NCBI GenBank assembly: GCA_965228855.1
Contig: CBDDIJ010000005.1
Location: 1,024,001-1,088,000, forward strand
Direction of reading: 5' to 3'
DNA from: Candidatus Obscuribacterales bacterium
GTDB lineage: Bacteria; Cyanobacteriota; Vampirovibrionia; Obscuribacterales; Obscuribacteraceae
Length of the DNA stretch: 64,000 nucleotides
Of this stretch, positions 51,819 to 61,283 are shown in pieces. A program made the translations under genes and the position numbers. The notes under the pieces were generated by a model. The model did not search any database. It was not told where the DNA came from and saw only the letters and a program-made list of their open reading frames with translations. The first letter of the stretch is position 1, and every line of letters starts with the position of its first letter.

Positions 51819-52553
51819 ATGAGAGTTTCAATAAAAACCGCACTCTGCATCAGTCTTCTTCTACCACTAATCGGTGCGTCCATTGCGCCGGCGGAAGCGT
51901 CCAGATGGCGAGCACGCGGACAACAAGGCGCTGCGGGCGCATATAATCAGGTCGGTCAATACGGACAACGAGCCGGAGCTCGCGCGATTCGCTACGGTCA
52001 GGGCGGCGCAGGTGTTAACGCCTCGACATGGCAAGGCCCCAACGGAGGTTCATTTCGGCGCGGCGGGATGAATGCTTACAAGAGTGGTGTCGGAGGTGTC
52101 CACGCCTCCGGTTCGCAGGGAGCCGGTCCCAATGGAGGCAACTATCAACGCACGGGTGTGACGGCTGCCGGGCAACAAGGCGCATATCACAACAGTCAGT
52201 TTAGTGGAACATCGGCAGCGGGCAGCACGCTGGACAGACATTCGACGGGCACAGCTATAGCCGGTCAGGGAGCCAACGTCGACAAAGGTTTCAACTATGC
52301 AGGTGCAAACGGTTCAAGCGCTTCGGGTTATAAAACCAACAACTACGATGCAACCACAGGTAGTGGCAGCTCAACGCGCGGACGTGACTACAACACGGCT
52401 AGCGGAGAAAGCTACGGTTACGATGCTAACACCACGTATCAGAAAGGCCAGGGCTTCAGCACCACGATCGACACGCAGAACAAGCAAGATTACACCATCG
52501 ACTACAGTAAAGGTTCAAAGCCGGTAGTCACACCGACTGGAACGATTAACTGA
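51819..52553 (+). CDS. Secreted Gly/Asn/Thr-rich repetitive protein
   Basis: Signal peptide ending AEA; GPNGG/GANG imperfect repeats; GAGG RBS. Confidence 0.75.
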   Translation: MRVSIKTALCISLLLPLIGASIAPAEASRWRARGQQGAAGAYNQVGQYGQRAGARAIRYGQGGAGVNASTWQGPNGGSFRRGGMNAYKSGVGGVHASGSQGAGPNGGNYQRTGVTAAGQQGAYHNSQFSGTSAAGSTLDRHSTGTAIAGQGANVDKGFNYAGANGSSASGYKTNNYDATTGSGSSTRGRDYNTASGESYGYDANTTYQKGQGFSTTIDTQNKQDYTIDYSKGSKPVVTPTGTIN

Positions 52554-52591
52554 CAGTCTGGTTGCAAAACAGTTTTCGCGCACACACGCTC

Positions 52592-52626
52592 AAAACACCG
52601 GCTTACGCGAGCCGGTGTTTTGTTTT
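52592..52626 (+). terminator. Intrinsic terminator
   Basis: AAAACACCGGCT-tacgcg-AGCCGGTGTTTT followed by a T tract. Confidence 0.85.
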
Positions 52627-52769
52627 GTCAGCATTCGTCAACCCCCTGACTGTTGAATACAACAGTCTATCTCGAAGCCGCAAATGTTAGTTTCATAAAG
52701 CGCTGAAACTCAATACGGAAAAGTACATCACACATGCCAGCTCTGCGAAGCAGAGCCGATTCGTAGCGT

Positions 52770-53729
52770 GTGAGTGTGGGGGTGTCTATGCTGCTCGATG
52801 CTTTAGCGGGTCCACCGCAAAAACGTCCACAATCTGATAGTGGTATCGCACCGCCACCATGGCTGAACGGGGGTGAGACGGTTGAAGAGATTAGGAGCTA
52901 CAGCACCTGCATTCGACATGGCAGATTAAGAGCCAATCTTTGCGAGCGCTGCCTGGCGGGATACGCTAGACATCTCCATAGCAGTGAAACTCTCGAACGA
53001 TCAAATTTTCCAGGTCTGGCGAATGCCGAAATCCAAATACGGTCGAGGTTGTCGAGAACGGCAAAACTAGTGAAGAAGCACATGCCAGCAGCGCTGCGCC
53101 TCTCGAATGCGTTGCTCAAAGCATCATGGGTAGTCATAACCGTTATAGGACAGATTACTTACTCTTGTTTCGTATGCCTCATTCTGATGTGGTTCGTTCA
53201 ACCTTCGTTAACCCCCGCTGAGCAAGAACGACGCAATGCGGAGCGAGCACGCAGACGAAGAGAGGACGACGCCTGGCGCGAACGCAGGGACGCGGACTAC
53301 GCGGCTCGGCGAGAAGAACAAGAAGCCTGGGAAAAACAGCGAGACGAGGATTATCGCAAGAAAGTAGAAGAATACTACAAGTGGGACGAAGAGAGAATCG
53401 CTCTGGCGGAAGCTGCCGCCATTGCAGAGAAGATGACGCATTCGAATCAGTCAGTGATAAACGATGCCTGGAGGCTGGACGATCTGAAGGAGGAAATTCA
53501 GACGCCGGAGCTTGCCAAAGCAATTGAGATCATGGAACAACATGCCGTCGACGAGCGCGTCGAAAGAGCATGTGATAGCATACGAGGCGCCGAGAGCATT
53601 CTAGACGACTTCAGACAGCGTGATACCACAGATGGTTCTCGACGAGTCAAGTTTTTCGGGGCGCTCGACGATGCAGAAGATCAAATCAATGACGCGGACG
53701 ACGCAAGGAAACGATGGCGTCATCATTAG
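52770..53729 (+). CDS. Hypothetical membrane protein with charged coiled coil
   Basis: 319 aa; CxxH..CxxC, one TM, R/E-rich helix. Confidence 0.55.
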   Translation: MSVGVSMLLDALAGPPQKRPQSDSGIAPPPWLNGGETVEEIRSYSTCIRHGRLRANLCERCLAGYARHLHSSETLERSNFPGLANAEIQIRSRLSRTAKLVKKHMPAALRLSNALLKASWVVITVIGQITYSCFVCLILMWFVQPSLTPAEQERRNAERARRRREDDAWRERRDADYAARREEQEAWEKQRDEDYRKKVEEYYKWDEERIALAEAAAIAEKMTHSNQSVINDAWRLDDLKEEIQTPELAKAIEIMEQHAVDERVERACDSIRGAESILDDFRQRDTTDGSRRVKFFGALDDAEDQINDADDARKRWRHH

Positions 53730-53747
53730 TTCGCAGCTATATCACCT

Positions 53748-54425
53748 CTAGTACAAGAATGAAGTAGCAGCCTTGTCTTTGAAAGAATCTATGAATGTGG
53801 AAATCTGCTGAGCAGTGTCTGGCTGACCGAGGGCTTTATAGAATTCTTGCGCTTTCGTGAGATTCTCTTTGGCAGCTCTGATCATTGCTCCATTTAGTTT
53901 CACAGGTTCACTCGGCTTACCGTTAGAATTCGGCTCTGGCACGGAGCGAATGTTGCTCAGTTCGTAATTACACATGCCCAAGCGATAATGAAGCTCAGCC
54001 TTGGCACTGCTCTTATAGTCTTTTCCTATCGACTTGAGCGCCTCTTCGAACTCAAGTCGGGCAGAATCCCAATGTTTGGAGTCGTAGAATTTGCGACCGG
54101 CAAGAATGTGATTAACTACCAGAGCAAGCCCCCGCAGCCGCGTCTTCATAGAATTCTTTGAATAGGTTGCACCAAATACAGTGCGCTCCAAAGCTGCAAT
54201 TCGGCCGTCTATGGTGTTGCCCTCGTTCACTTCGCCGTACAAAATCTGCTCGAGCAGCTTCAAATCATTAGTATTATCTACAGGCGATATCGTTTCTTTC
54301 TTGCCGTACGGATTCGGCAGATGAGCAGGAATCACCGGTACGGTGTCTTCTGCAAACGCCGGTGAGATAGCCAACATGATAAGGGAAACCGAGTGCGTCA
54401 ACGATACTATCAGAATCGTATTCAT
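53748..54425 (-). CDS. Secreted TPR-containing hypothetical protein
   Basis: Signal peptide; LEQILYG...RIAALERTVFG motif then TPR helices. Follows the selenoprotein gene directly. Confidence 0.7.
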   Translation of the reverse strand: MNTILIVSLTHSVSLIMLAISPAFAEDTVPVIPAHLPNPYGKKETISPVDNTNDLKLLEQILYGEVNEGNTIDGRIAALERTVFGATYSKNSMKTRLRGLALVVNHILAGRKFYDSKHWDSARLEFEEALKSIGKDYKSSAKAELHYRLGMCNYELSNIRSVPEPNSNGKPSEPVKLNGAMIRAAKENLTKAQEFYKALGQPDTAQQISTFIDSFKDKAATSFLY

Positions 54426-54427
54426 GA

Positions 54428-55378
54428 TCACTTCCAAAGTAATTGCGCGGCGAGTTGCTGGACGCGCTCCGGGTAAAGATCCACTCCCTGGACAACGCCA
54501 TCGGGCCCGACCAAGGTCAGTCCATAACCATCAAGGTTGAATTTGCGGTGCGCATCATCGAAACCATGAGGCAAAAGGACGTTATCCCACTTCACTCCTT
54601 GAGACTGCAATTTATCTCTGTTTCCTACCACAGGACTCTTACCAGGCATATGAAATGCTGCGTCTACACTCAACATCAGGACTTCAAACTTATCACTACC
54701 AAACTTTTCCTGTATCCCTTTCACGAAGGGAATCTCTTCAATGCAGGAGTGTCAGGTCATGCTCCAAACGTCTAGCAACAAGACTTTTCCCTTGTACGTG
54801 TCGAGACTTACCCTCTTTCCGTCCATAGTCGTAAGTTCAAAGTCTGGACACTTCCTACCGATTACGCATCCTGATAGAGGAGTCGGTGACTTCTCGAGCA
54901 ACAACCAGGTGCCGCCCGGATCGAATTTCTTGACCTCATACATCTCGTCACCGAGCCGAACGGGTAAGGACGTGTACCACTTCTCACCTGGATCTGCTTG
55001 ACCGTTGTTATCAGAGTCGACGCTGATCGCTGTACTTGTGTTCGAGTACGAATGATGCTCGGCTGACTGCGTCGAATAAGGACCGTAGGTCGGAACATAG
55101 ATGGTTATCTTTTCTGAGCCAACATCTAATTCGCCACGCGACAATTTCTCCGGAGGCGGTGGATCCCAGCTTCCGTCCATCATCCGGAAAGCTCCCGGTC
55201 TCGTTACATCGCTCGGTTTTAGTTTAACCACCACTTGTCCGGGCTCTGGATCTGGCGCTACCTGTGGTGGCACCACTTCACGGGACTTTTCAACCACAGC
55301 AGGTTTCGTACTACATCCAACAGCAACAAGCATTGCTAATGACCAAGCAAAGAAAACCTTTCCCTTATCTGAATTCAT
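54428..55378 (-). CDS. Putative selenoprotein: TlpA/ResA-type redoxin lipoprotein with UxxC motif (316 aa, Sec209)
   Basis: Lipobox AVGC; CPDFELTTMDGKRVSLDTYKGKVLLLDVWSMT-TGA-HSCIEEIPFVKGIQEKF...LMLSVD reads through in frame into ORF 54428-54724. Confidence 0.88.
54715..54731 (-). promoter_or_regulatory. Putative bacterial SECIS element
   Basis: mRNA UCCCUU-CGUGA-AAGGGA; loop starts 26 nt after the UGA; lower stem UCCUG/CAGGA possible. Confidence 0.7.
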
Positions 55379-55387
55379 GGATGAAAC

Positions 55388-56251
55388 CTAGCGAACAGAG
55401 GAAATCTCTACCGATTCAATTTGGGCAATCTCTTCTGAAGTCAGAGATAAATTTACCGAGTCCAGGTCTTCTTTCATATGCTGCAAACTCGTAGTTCCAG
55501 TCAACGGCAACATTCCGATCTCCATGGAGAACTTGAATATCACCTGAGCGGCCGTTGCACCTAACCGCTTCGCCACCGTGCGAACTATCGGATCGTTTAG
55601 CGCGCGAGCGTTAGCAGTCAGCAACGAGAAGCCCTGGTAAATAATTCCATTCTCTCGACAGATATCGCGCACTTCGCGGTCCCAGCCCATCACGGCGTAG
55701 CATCGATTTTGCACCACCATCGGTTTCACCTTCGCCTTTGCGCAGAGAACCTCGAGTTGTTCGGCGCTGACGTTACTTACGCCAATCATTTTGGTCTTAC
55801 CGGCATTGTAGAGGTCTTCGATAGCCGCCCACACTTCCCAATCAGAGGGAGTCAATCCATGGCGAGAATACGGACCATGCAAAACAAAAGAGTCCAGATA
55901 GTCGGTATGCAAATGCTTCAGGGAGCTCTCGAACGACTGAGTAACCTGGGTGGTCAAATTCGCGGAGGCATCGTAAGGTGTGCGGTGATCCTGCCCGTTT
56001 ACCGAAGTAAACTTGGTCTGCAGGAACAGCTTCTCTCTGTTGATGCCCTTCTGGGCCAGATTCAGCAACGCCTCGCCGACACGAGCTTCGTCGTAATGGA
56101 TAAGTTGATTAGCGGTATCAATCGCGACGAAACCGGCTTCAACAGCAGTTTCAACCAGTTTCGTCGTGGCATCTTTTTTCCATGCCGTTCCGTACATAAA
56201 GGACGGAATAGAAACGTTGTTGTATGCAGTTAATGTCATAAATTCCTCCAC
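55388..56251 (-). CDS. Aldo/keto reductase
   Basis: MYGTAW, IDTAN..HY, LFLQTK, DYLDSFVLH, IGVSN, VVQNRC, YQGFS. Confidence 0.9.
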   Translation of the reverse strand: MEEFMTLTAYNNVSIPSFMYGTAWKKDATTKLVETAVEAGFVAIDTANQLIHYDEARVGEALLNLAQKGINREKLFLQTKFTSVNGQDHRTPYDASANLTTQVTQSFESSLKHLHTDYLDSFVLHGPYSRHGLTPSDWEVWAAIEDLYNAGKTKMIGVSNVSAEQLEVLCAKAKVKPMVVQNRCYAVMGWDREVRDICRENGIIYQGFSLLTANARALNDPIVRTVAKRLGATAAQVIFKFSMEIGMLPLTGTTSLQHMKEDLDSVNLSLTSEEIAQIESVEISSVR

Positions 56252-56352
56252 TGCTGTTTAAGGTTAGCAGTTGCTGGATCAAATAAACTCGAAAAAGCTT
56301 CCCTGGGAGCCAGTCAATTATAACAACTGCTAACCTTCAATCAGGTGAATAT

Positions 56353-56982
56353 ATGACAACATCGAAGGACACAAACTTGCGGCGCCGGTCAACGTTCGGA
56401 GTTCTGGTGATTCTGACGACTCTGAGCGTGTCCGGAATGCAAGTGACAGCCAGTGAGGAGCCTACGACTTCGTCCGGCACGAAGCCGGTCGATTCGATCC
56501 CACAAAGCTCGCTCGAGAAGACTGAAAAGGGTAAAGCCAAATCGAAGCTGAAAGATGGCCTTTACCTGATTTTGCGCCAAGACACAGATAGAGCCAAGGT
56601 CGAGCCGGCCGGTCCGGACGAGGAGATCGTCATCAATGACTTCGAGTTCCTCCAACCATCAGAGCGTGAAACGACTTCCTTCATAGCGGTTTCGGAGGAA
56701 CAGTTTATACCTTTCATCTTCTCGACTGATCCGGCTAAAGGTTCTGATGACAAAGGTCGAACGAAGCTTCTCCTGCAGCTTGCAGAGGATCAAATCAAAC
56801 CGTTGGAGAATTTTACCGGAAAAAATTGCGGTAAATCAGTTGCCATCATAATCGGTGGCAAGGTGGTCACCACTCATAAGATAAGAGAGGCAATCACCGG
56901 TGGAAAGCTGCAGATTACCCGCTGTTCCGATTTCGGATGTGATGTTTTATACACTCAACTTTTGAAGGACTCGAAACATTGA
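56353..56982 (+). CDS. Standalone SecDF P1-head-like domain protein, exported
   Basis: LENFTGKNCGKSVAIIIGGKVVTTHKIREAITGGKLQIT; N-terminal signal; no SecD TM domain. Confidence 0.65.
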   Translation: MTTSKDTNLRRRSTFGVLVILTTLSVSGMQVTASEEPTTSSGTKPVDSIPQSSLEKTEKGKAKSKLKDGLYLILRQDTDRAKVEPAGPDEEIVINDFEFLQPSERETTSFIAVSEEQFIPFIFSTDPAKGSDDKGRTKLLLQLAEDQIKPLENFTGKNCGKSVAIIIGGKVVTTHKIREAITGGKLQITRCSDFGCDVLYTQLLKDSKH

Positions 56983-57155
56983 TAGGTACGCAGACATTTT
57001 AAGCCACCCAGCCAAAGGAAGGAAGCTGGAAGTCTCAAAAAAAATCGAAGGGTAATCGGAAGCGCACCGCTCAAGAATTAACATTCGCAAACCGCCGATG
57101 GTTGACCTTCCAGCACCATGCTGGGTATAAAGAGTCTGGACCCAGGGACGCGAGC

Positions 57156-57608
57156 ATGTCAACACCGAAACCGGAAAATCATAACGATTCAGCAGACACG
57201 AAAGCCAGCAAAGCTTCAGGAGCCAGGAACGAGGCAGCGGACAATTTGCGCGCCGACGCGAACGGTCATCCTATTAACCTGTTGCTGGAACTGGCGACCG
57301 ACGACAACGTCGAGACTGATGAAGGTGTTGAACTGAAAATCAATGATGTTCGAGGCTCGACAGATAACGCCCTGCTGACCAAAACTGAGTTGCAGAAGTA
57401 CGACGACTACAAACGCGAATGGCAAGCAGCTCTTGAACGCCCCCAGGAATCTCTGGATGCGCTAGCTCTGCGCGAAAAACAAATTATAGAAGCAGCCGCA
57501 AACCACGACTGGGAAACCCTGGATAAATTGCGTAGTGAAGTAGCAGCTGACTTGGAAAAAATGCAATTTATCTTCTCGAACATCGTTTCCGACATGCGTG
57601 ATATCTAG
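57156..57608 (+). CDS. Hypothetical acidic protein
   Basis: ATG at 57156, helical C-terminus, overlaps the kinase start. Confidence 0.55.
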   Translation: MSTPKPENHNDSADTKASKASGARNEAADNLRADANGHPINLLLELATDDNVETDEGVELKINDVRGSTDNALLTKTELQKYDDYKREWQAALERPQESLDALALREKQIIEAAANHDWETLDKLRSEVAADLEKMQFIFSNIVSDMRDI

Positions 57609-59688
57609 TGGTCAAATGATGACCAATTCTCCCGAACTCTGCCCGACCTGTCGCCAGCCGAAAGAACCAAAGGCTTCGGGTCGATTGACTCAATGGATCG
57701 TTGCGTGTAACTGCGGTGCTCCATCGCTGGATTCATTCGAGGAACAGGGACCGACAGTAAACATTTGCGCGATCTGCAAGAAGCGAATCGAGCGAGGTCG
57801 TCCGGGAAGTTTCACACAATGGGTGTTTCGGGTCGACATCTGCGATTGCGAGAAACCGGAAGCAGTGTCCGTTCCACTTGCCTCCTTAGGCGAAGCCGTC
57901 ATCAGCCAGCCTGACTTCGTTGAAGTAGAGGAAGATCCTGAACCGTTGCCACTGCCCAGCGAAAAATTTCCAGTAAACCGATACAAACCGCTCCTGGAAA
58001 TCGGCGGCGGCATGGCTGGTTCAGTCTATCTCTGCAGAGACCTGGTCTTAAACAAAAAAGTTGCCGTCAAAACTTTAAGACAACTGACGCCGGAGCAATT
58101 GGTTGCCTTTCAGCAAGAGGCTAAGGCTTCAAGCCGCTTGTCACATCCCGCTATCGTGCAAGCCCTAGACTTCGGTGCCACCGAATCTGGTGACCCATTC
58201 ATGGTAATGGAGTTCGTCGACGGAATTTCCTTAGACAAGTATTTAGAGCAGAACGGTGCTCTTCAGCCCAATGAGGTGGCAAACATAATCGGTCTGTTGA
58301 GTGAAGGACTCCAGGTCGCGCATGAGAACGGAGTTTTTCACCGAGATCTGAAGCCCAGTAATATATTAGTGAAGAACCTCGGTGAACATAAATTCGAAGC
58401 CCGGCTAATTGACTTCGGTCTAGCACACGTGGAGGACCACAAGGACGTAACAATCTTTCAGGGAACGTGCCTTGTGGGAAGCCCGCTGTATATGAGCCCT
58501 GAGCTCGCTGCCAACAAGTCATATGACGCGCGATGCGAGGTTTACTCACTGGGATGCGTGATGTTCGAATTGCTCACAGGTCGCCCGCCTTTCGTTGGCG
58601 AGACCGCGCTAAACACGCTTTATATGCATGTCAATGAAAGAGCCCCCAGAATGTCTGAGGTCATCGACAAACACATACCTGAAAAACTCGAATCGATAGT
58701 TGCTAAATGTCTGGAAAAGAATCCCGATATTCGATTTCAATCTACCGCCGAGCTTGCCAACAGTTTGATACCGGATACGACACCAGAAACGACCGGAGTT
58801 TTCACGAGAGAGAAAGCGAAAAAAGGCAGTCTCAACCTGGCAATTGCTTTGACGCTCTTAATAATTTGCGGACTGTTTGCCGCGATAGCGGTTACCGCCC
58901 TGAATCCAAAGAAAGAATCTGAAAAGTTGGCAGTGAAACGATTTCGACATAGCAACACTGAACGAAAAGTTGCTGTTGAATCTAAAGAGAATGCGGAGCA
59001 AATGTCTCACGCCATGACGGGCTTCGCAACTGTTGGCGCAAGCGATGATTCATATTTCGGCGCGGATAACAGTGCAGCCGAGATTGCGGAGATGGCTCGA
59101 CAGGGAAAGCAATTTCAAAATATTATATTGCACAAGGCGAATTTGACGGACAGGGATATCGACAACATCGTAACTCTCCATCCAACGACAATAACAATGG
59201 ATGACTGCAATAAAATAACCGACAAAGGTTTAAAGAAGATCGCCAGTCTGGGTCGAATTGATCGCCTCGTGATTGATGAATCAACCCAGATCACGCCGAC
59301 TGGTCTGGCAGAACTCCGAAAGTTGAAGTTGCTGGAATTCGTGAGTATGCGCAAATCAGGATTGACAGATGAGCACATGAAAGTGCTCAGCACATTCCCA
59401 ATGGACCTGCATAAAATCAATGTTTCCGGCAATCCGAAAATAACAGCGGTCGGGCTCAACTATTTCAAAGATCGGAAACGCCCGATGGAAATTGTCGCCG
59501 AAGGTTGCGCAATTCTACTTCCTGGTGTGACCATGAACAAGCTGGCAGCAGAACACAATATCAGGCTTAGAATGGAAGACTCGGACACATTCGACTTCAG
59601 CGTATTTTCAGAGGCCATGGACGATACCATGTGGGATGATGAAGATGGCTCCAGTATCACCCATGGTGCATTTCAAACGGACAAATAG
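57598..59688 (+). CDS. Membrane Ser/Thr protein kinase with duplicated Cys-rich N-terminal motif and C-terminal LRRs
   Basis: GGGMAG, VAVK, HRDLKPSN, DFG, GSPLYMSPE; TM; LRR-like units (ITDKGLKKI, LTDEHMKVL). Confidence 0.93.
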   Translation: MISSGQMMTNSPELCPTCRQPKEPKASGRLTQWIVACNCGAPSLDSFEEQGPTVNICAICKKRIERGRPGSFTQWVFRVDICDCEKPEAVSVPLASLGEAVISQPDFVEVEEDPEPLPLPSEKFPVNRYKPLLEIGGGMAGSVYLCRDLVLNKKVAVKTLRQLTPEQLVAFQQEAKASSRLSHPAIVQALDFGATESGDPFMVMEFVDGISLDKYLEQNGALQPNEVANIIGLLSEGLQVAHENGVFHRDLKPSNILVKNLGEHKFEARLIDFGLAHVEDHKDVTIFQGTCLVGSPLYMSPELAANKSYDARCEVYSLGCVMFELLTGRPPFVGETALNTLYMHVNERAPRMSEVIDKHIPEKLESIVAKCLEKNPDIRFQSTAELANSLIPDTTPETTGVFTREKAKKGSLNLAIALTLLIICGLFAAIAVTALNPKKESEKLAVKRFRHSNTERKVAVESKENAEQMSHAMTGFATVGASDDSYFGADNSAAEIAEMARQGKQFQNIILHKANLTDRDIDNIVTLHPTTITMDDCNKITDKGLKKIASLGRIDRLVIDESTQITPTGLAELRKLKLLEFVSMRKSGLTDEHMKVLSTFPMDLHKINVSGNPKITAVGLNYFKDRKRPMEIVAEGCAILLPGVTMNKLAAEHNIRLRMEDSDTFDFSVFSEAMDDTMWDDEDGSSITHGAFQTDK

Positions 59689-60330
59689 CTAATAGTTGCG
59701 TTTTTTCTTTGCATTCGGGTCATAAGCACCATAGCTTGCCGCATACGAAGAAGTTGATGAATTCTGGCTTGGCGGCTTCGGTTTCTGAACCTGCTTCACG
59801 ATTGGCGTGTTTTTGGGAGCACCAATCTCATTGCCCCGGCCGGTGCCAAGCGGCACTCGAATCGCTCCGGTTCCCGTTCGTCCCGCCCCCTTACTGGAAG
59901 TCGGTCCGTTTCGAATAATTTCCAGCGGACCCGTTATAGTGGTAACAGTCGTTTTGACACCAGAGCGTGCATTCAAGTTCGCGTCTCGACTTTGAGCCTG
60001 CCTTCTTGTCTTGCTCGAACCTCGATTCAACATATAGCTCTGGGCGCGTGTGGAACGAACGGCTGGCAAATCAGGACGCCCTCGGCTGTCGGCCGACGGT
60101 GTTCGTTCTGGAACGACAGGCGCCTGACGAGCCTGAGGTTCGGAACCAGCAGGTTTCTTCTCTCCTGCGGGTGCTTTCACAAACTGTCGTTCTTTAGAAT
60201 TCCAACCGTTCTGACTCTGTTGAACTTCCATGAGTCCGGCATCCTCTACCTTGATTTCTTGGGCAGAGGATGGCGCGAGCAACAACCCATTCAGAAAGAC
60301 GAGCGAAATTGCCAAAAATGTTTTTTTCAT
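59689..60330 (-). CDS. Secreted hypothetical protein
   Basis: MKKTFLAISLVFLNGLLLAPSSA signal peptide; low-complexity basic mature part. Confidence 0.6.
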   Translation of the reverse strand: MKKTFLAISLVFLNGLLLAPSSAQEIKVEDAGLMEVQQSQNGWNSKERQFVKAPAGEKKPAGSEPQARQAPVVPERTPSADSRGRPDLPAVRSTRAQSYMLNRGSSKTRRQAQSRDANLNARSGVKTTVTTITGPLEIIRNGPTSSKGAGRTGTGAIRVPLGTGRGNEIGAPKNTPIVKQVQKPKPPSQNSSTSSYAASYGAYDPNAKKKRNY

Positions 60331-60449
60331 AGCGACCAGGAGGAATTTATGCCGCGGCCAAGTATAAAAGAAGTGGTAAGTTACAGACTCCCTGAGCATA
60401 CCACGTTGCAAAGCGACACACCAGTGAAGACCAGCATGAGGAGCCCGAG

Positions 60450-61070
60450 ATGTACAAAGAATGCACATGGGATGAGCGCTATAAGGCCGGGAAAGAAGCA
60501 CTGCCATGGGATTCAGGTGTGCAAGCGCCAGAGTTGGAACAGTACTTCTCCTCACTAAAAAAACTACCGGCAACTGTTCTCGAGATCGGTTGCGGCACGG
60601 GAACCAATGCAATTTGGATGGCTCAAAAAGGCTGCAAGGTCATAGCGACTGATTTGTCCCCAGCCGCTATCGATGCGGCAAATGACAAACAAAAGTCTTC
60701 CGGAACCTCAGTTGAATTTCAGGTTTCGGATATCATCGAGAAGAGTCCAGTACAACCGGGAAGCATTGACTTCGTGTTCGACCGGGGTGTTTTTCATGTG
60801 ATGACACCTGAGCTTCGCCGCGTGTTTATAGACCGCGTCGTTGAAGCATTGAGCGAAGATGGCTTTTGGCTCTGCCTGGCGGGTAATGCTGATGAGTACC
60901 GGGGACCAGATGAAGAAGGTCCACCACAATTGAAGTTGAGCGAACTGGTCGATGACGCAGAGAAACACCTTGAGATTCATAGGGTGGAGCGCGCGTCGTT
61001 CGTTCTTCCGAACGGCTCTCCAAAGTTGGCTTGGATAGTGCTTTACAAGAAACGGAAGCAAAGCAAGTAA
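60450..61070 (+). CDS. Class I SAM-dependent methyltransferase (TPMT/TehB-like)
   Basis: WDERY...LPWD, VLEIGCGTG, DLSPAAI, DFVFDRGVFH; GAGGAG RBS. Confidence 0.88.
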   Translation: MYKECTWDERYKAGKEALPWDSGVQAPELEQYFSSLKKLPATVLEIGCGTGTNAIWMAQKGCKVIATDLSPAAIDAANDKQKSSGTSVEFQVSDIIEKSPVQPGSIDFVFDRGVFHVMTPELRRVFIDRVVEALSEDGFWLCLAGNADEYRGPDEEGPPQLKLSELVDDAEKHLEIHRVERASFVLPNGSPKLAWIVLYKKRKQSK

Positions 61071-61283
61071 GCCGCGTTTAGTCGTAGTTTCGGACTTATC
61101 TACGAATTGGAACGGCGCGCGCTGGTATCAGATGCGATGTCTATTCGAACAATGCCGTCCCGTTCCAATCGGCTGAAAGATTTCGGAATATTAAGCGCGG
61201 CTTAAGAAAAGCCGAATTGTCAACAGTTCGCGATATGTTGATAGAAAGCATCAACGCCCGCACCTCGTGCGAGCCGCTTTGCC

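Noticed and set aside
60450..61070. TPMT-like methyltransferase as part of a selenium pathway with the selenoproteins
   Set aside because: The family is broad, the gene is not adjacent to the Sec genes, and the sequence gives no evidence of specificity.
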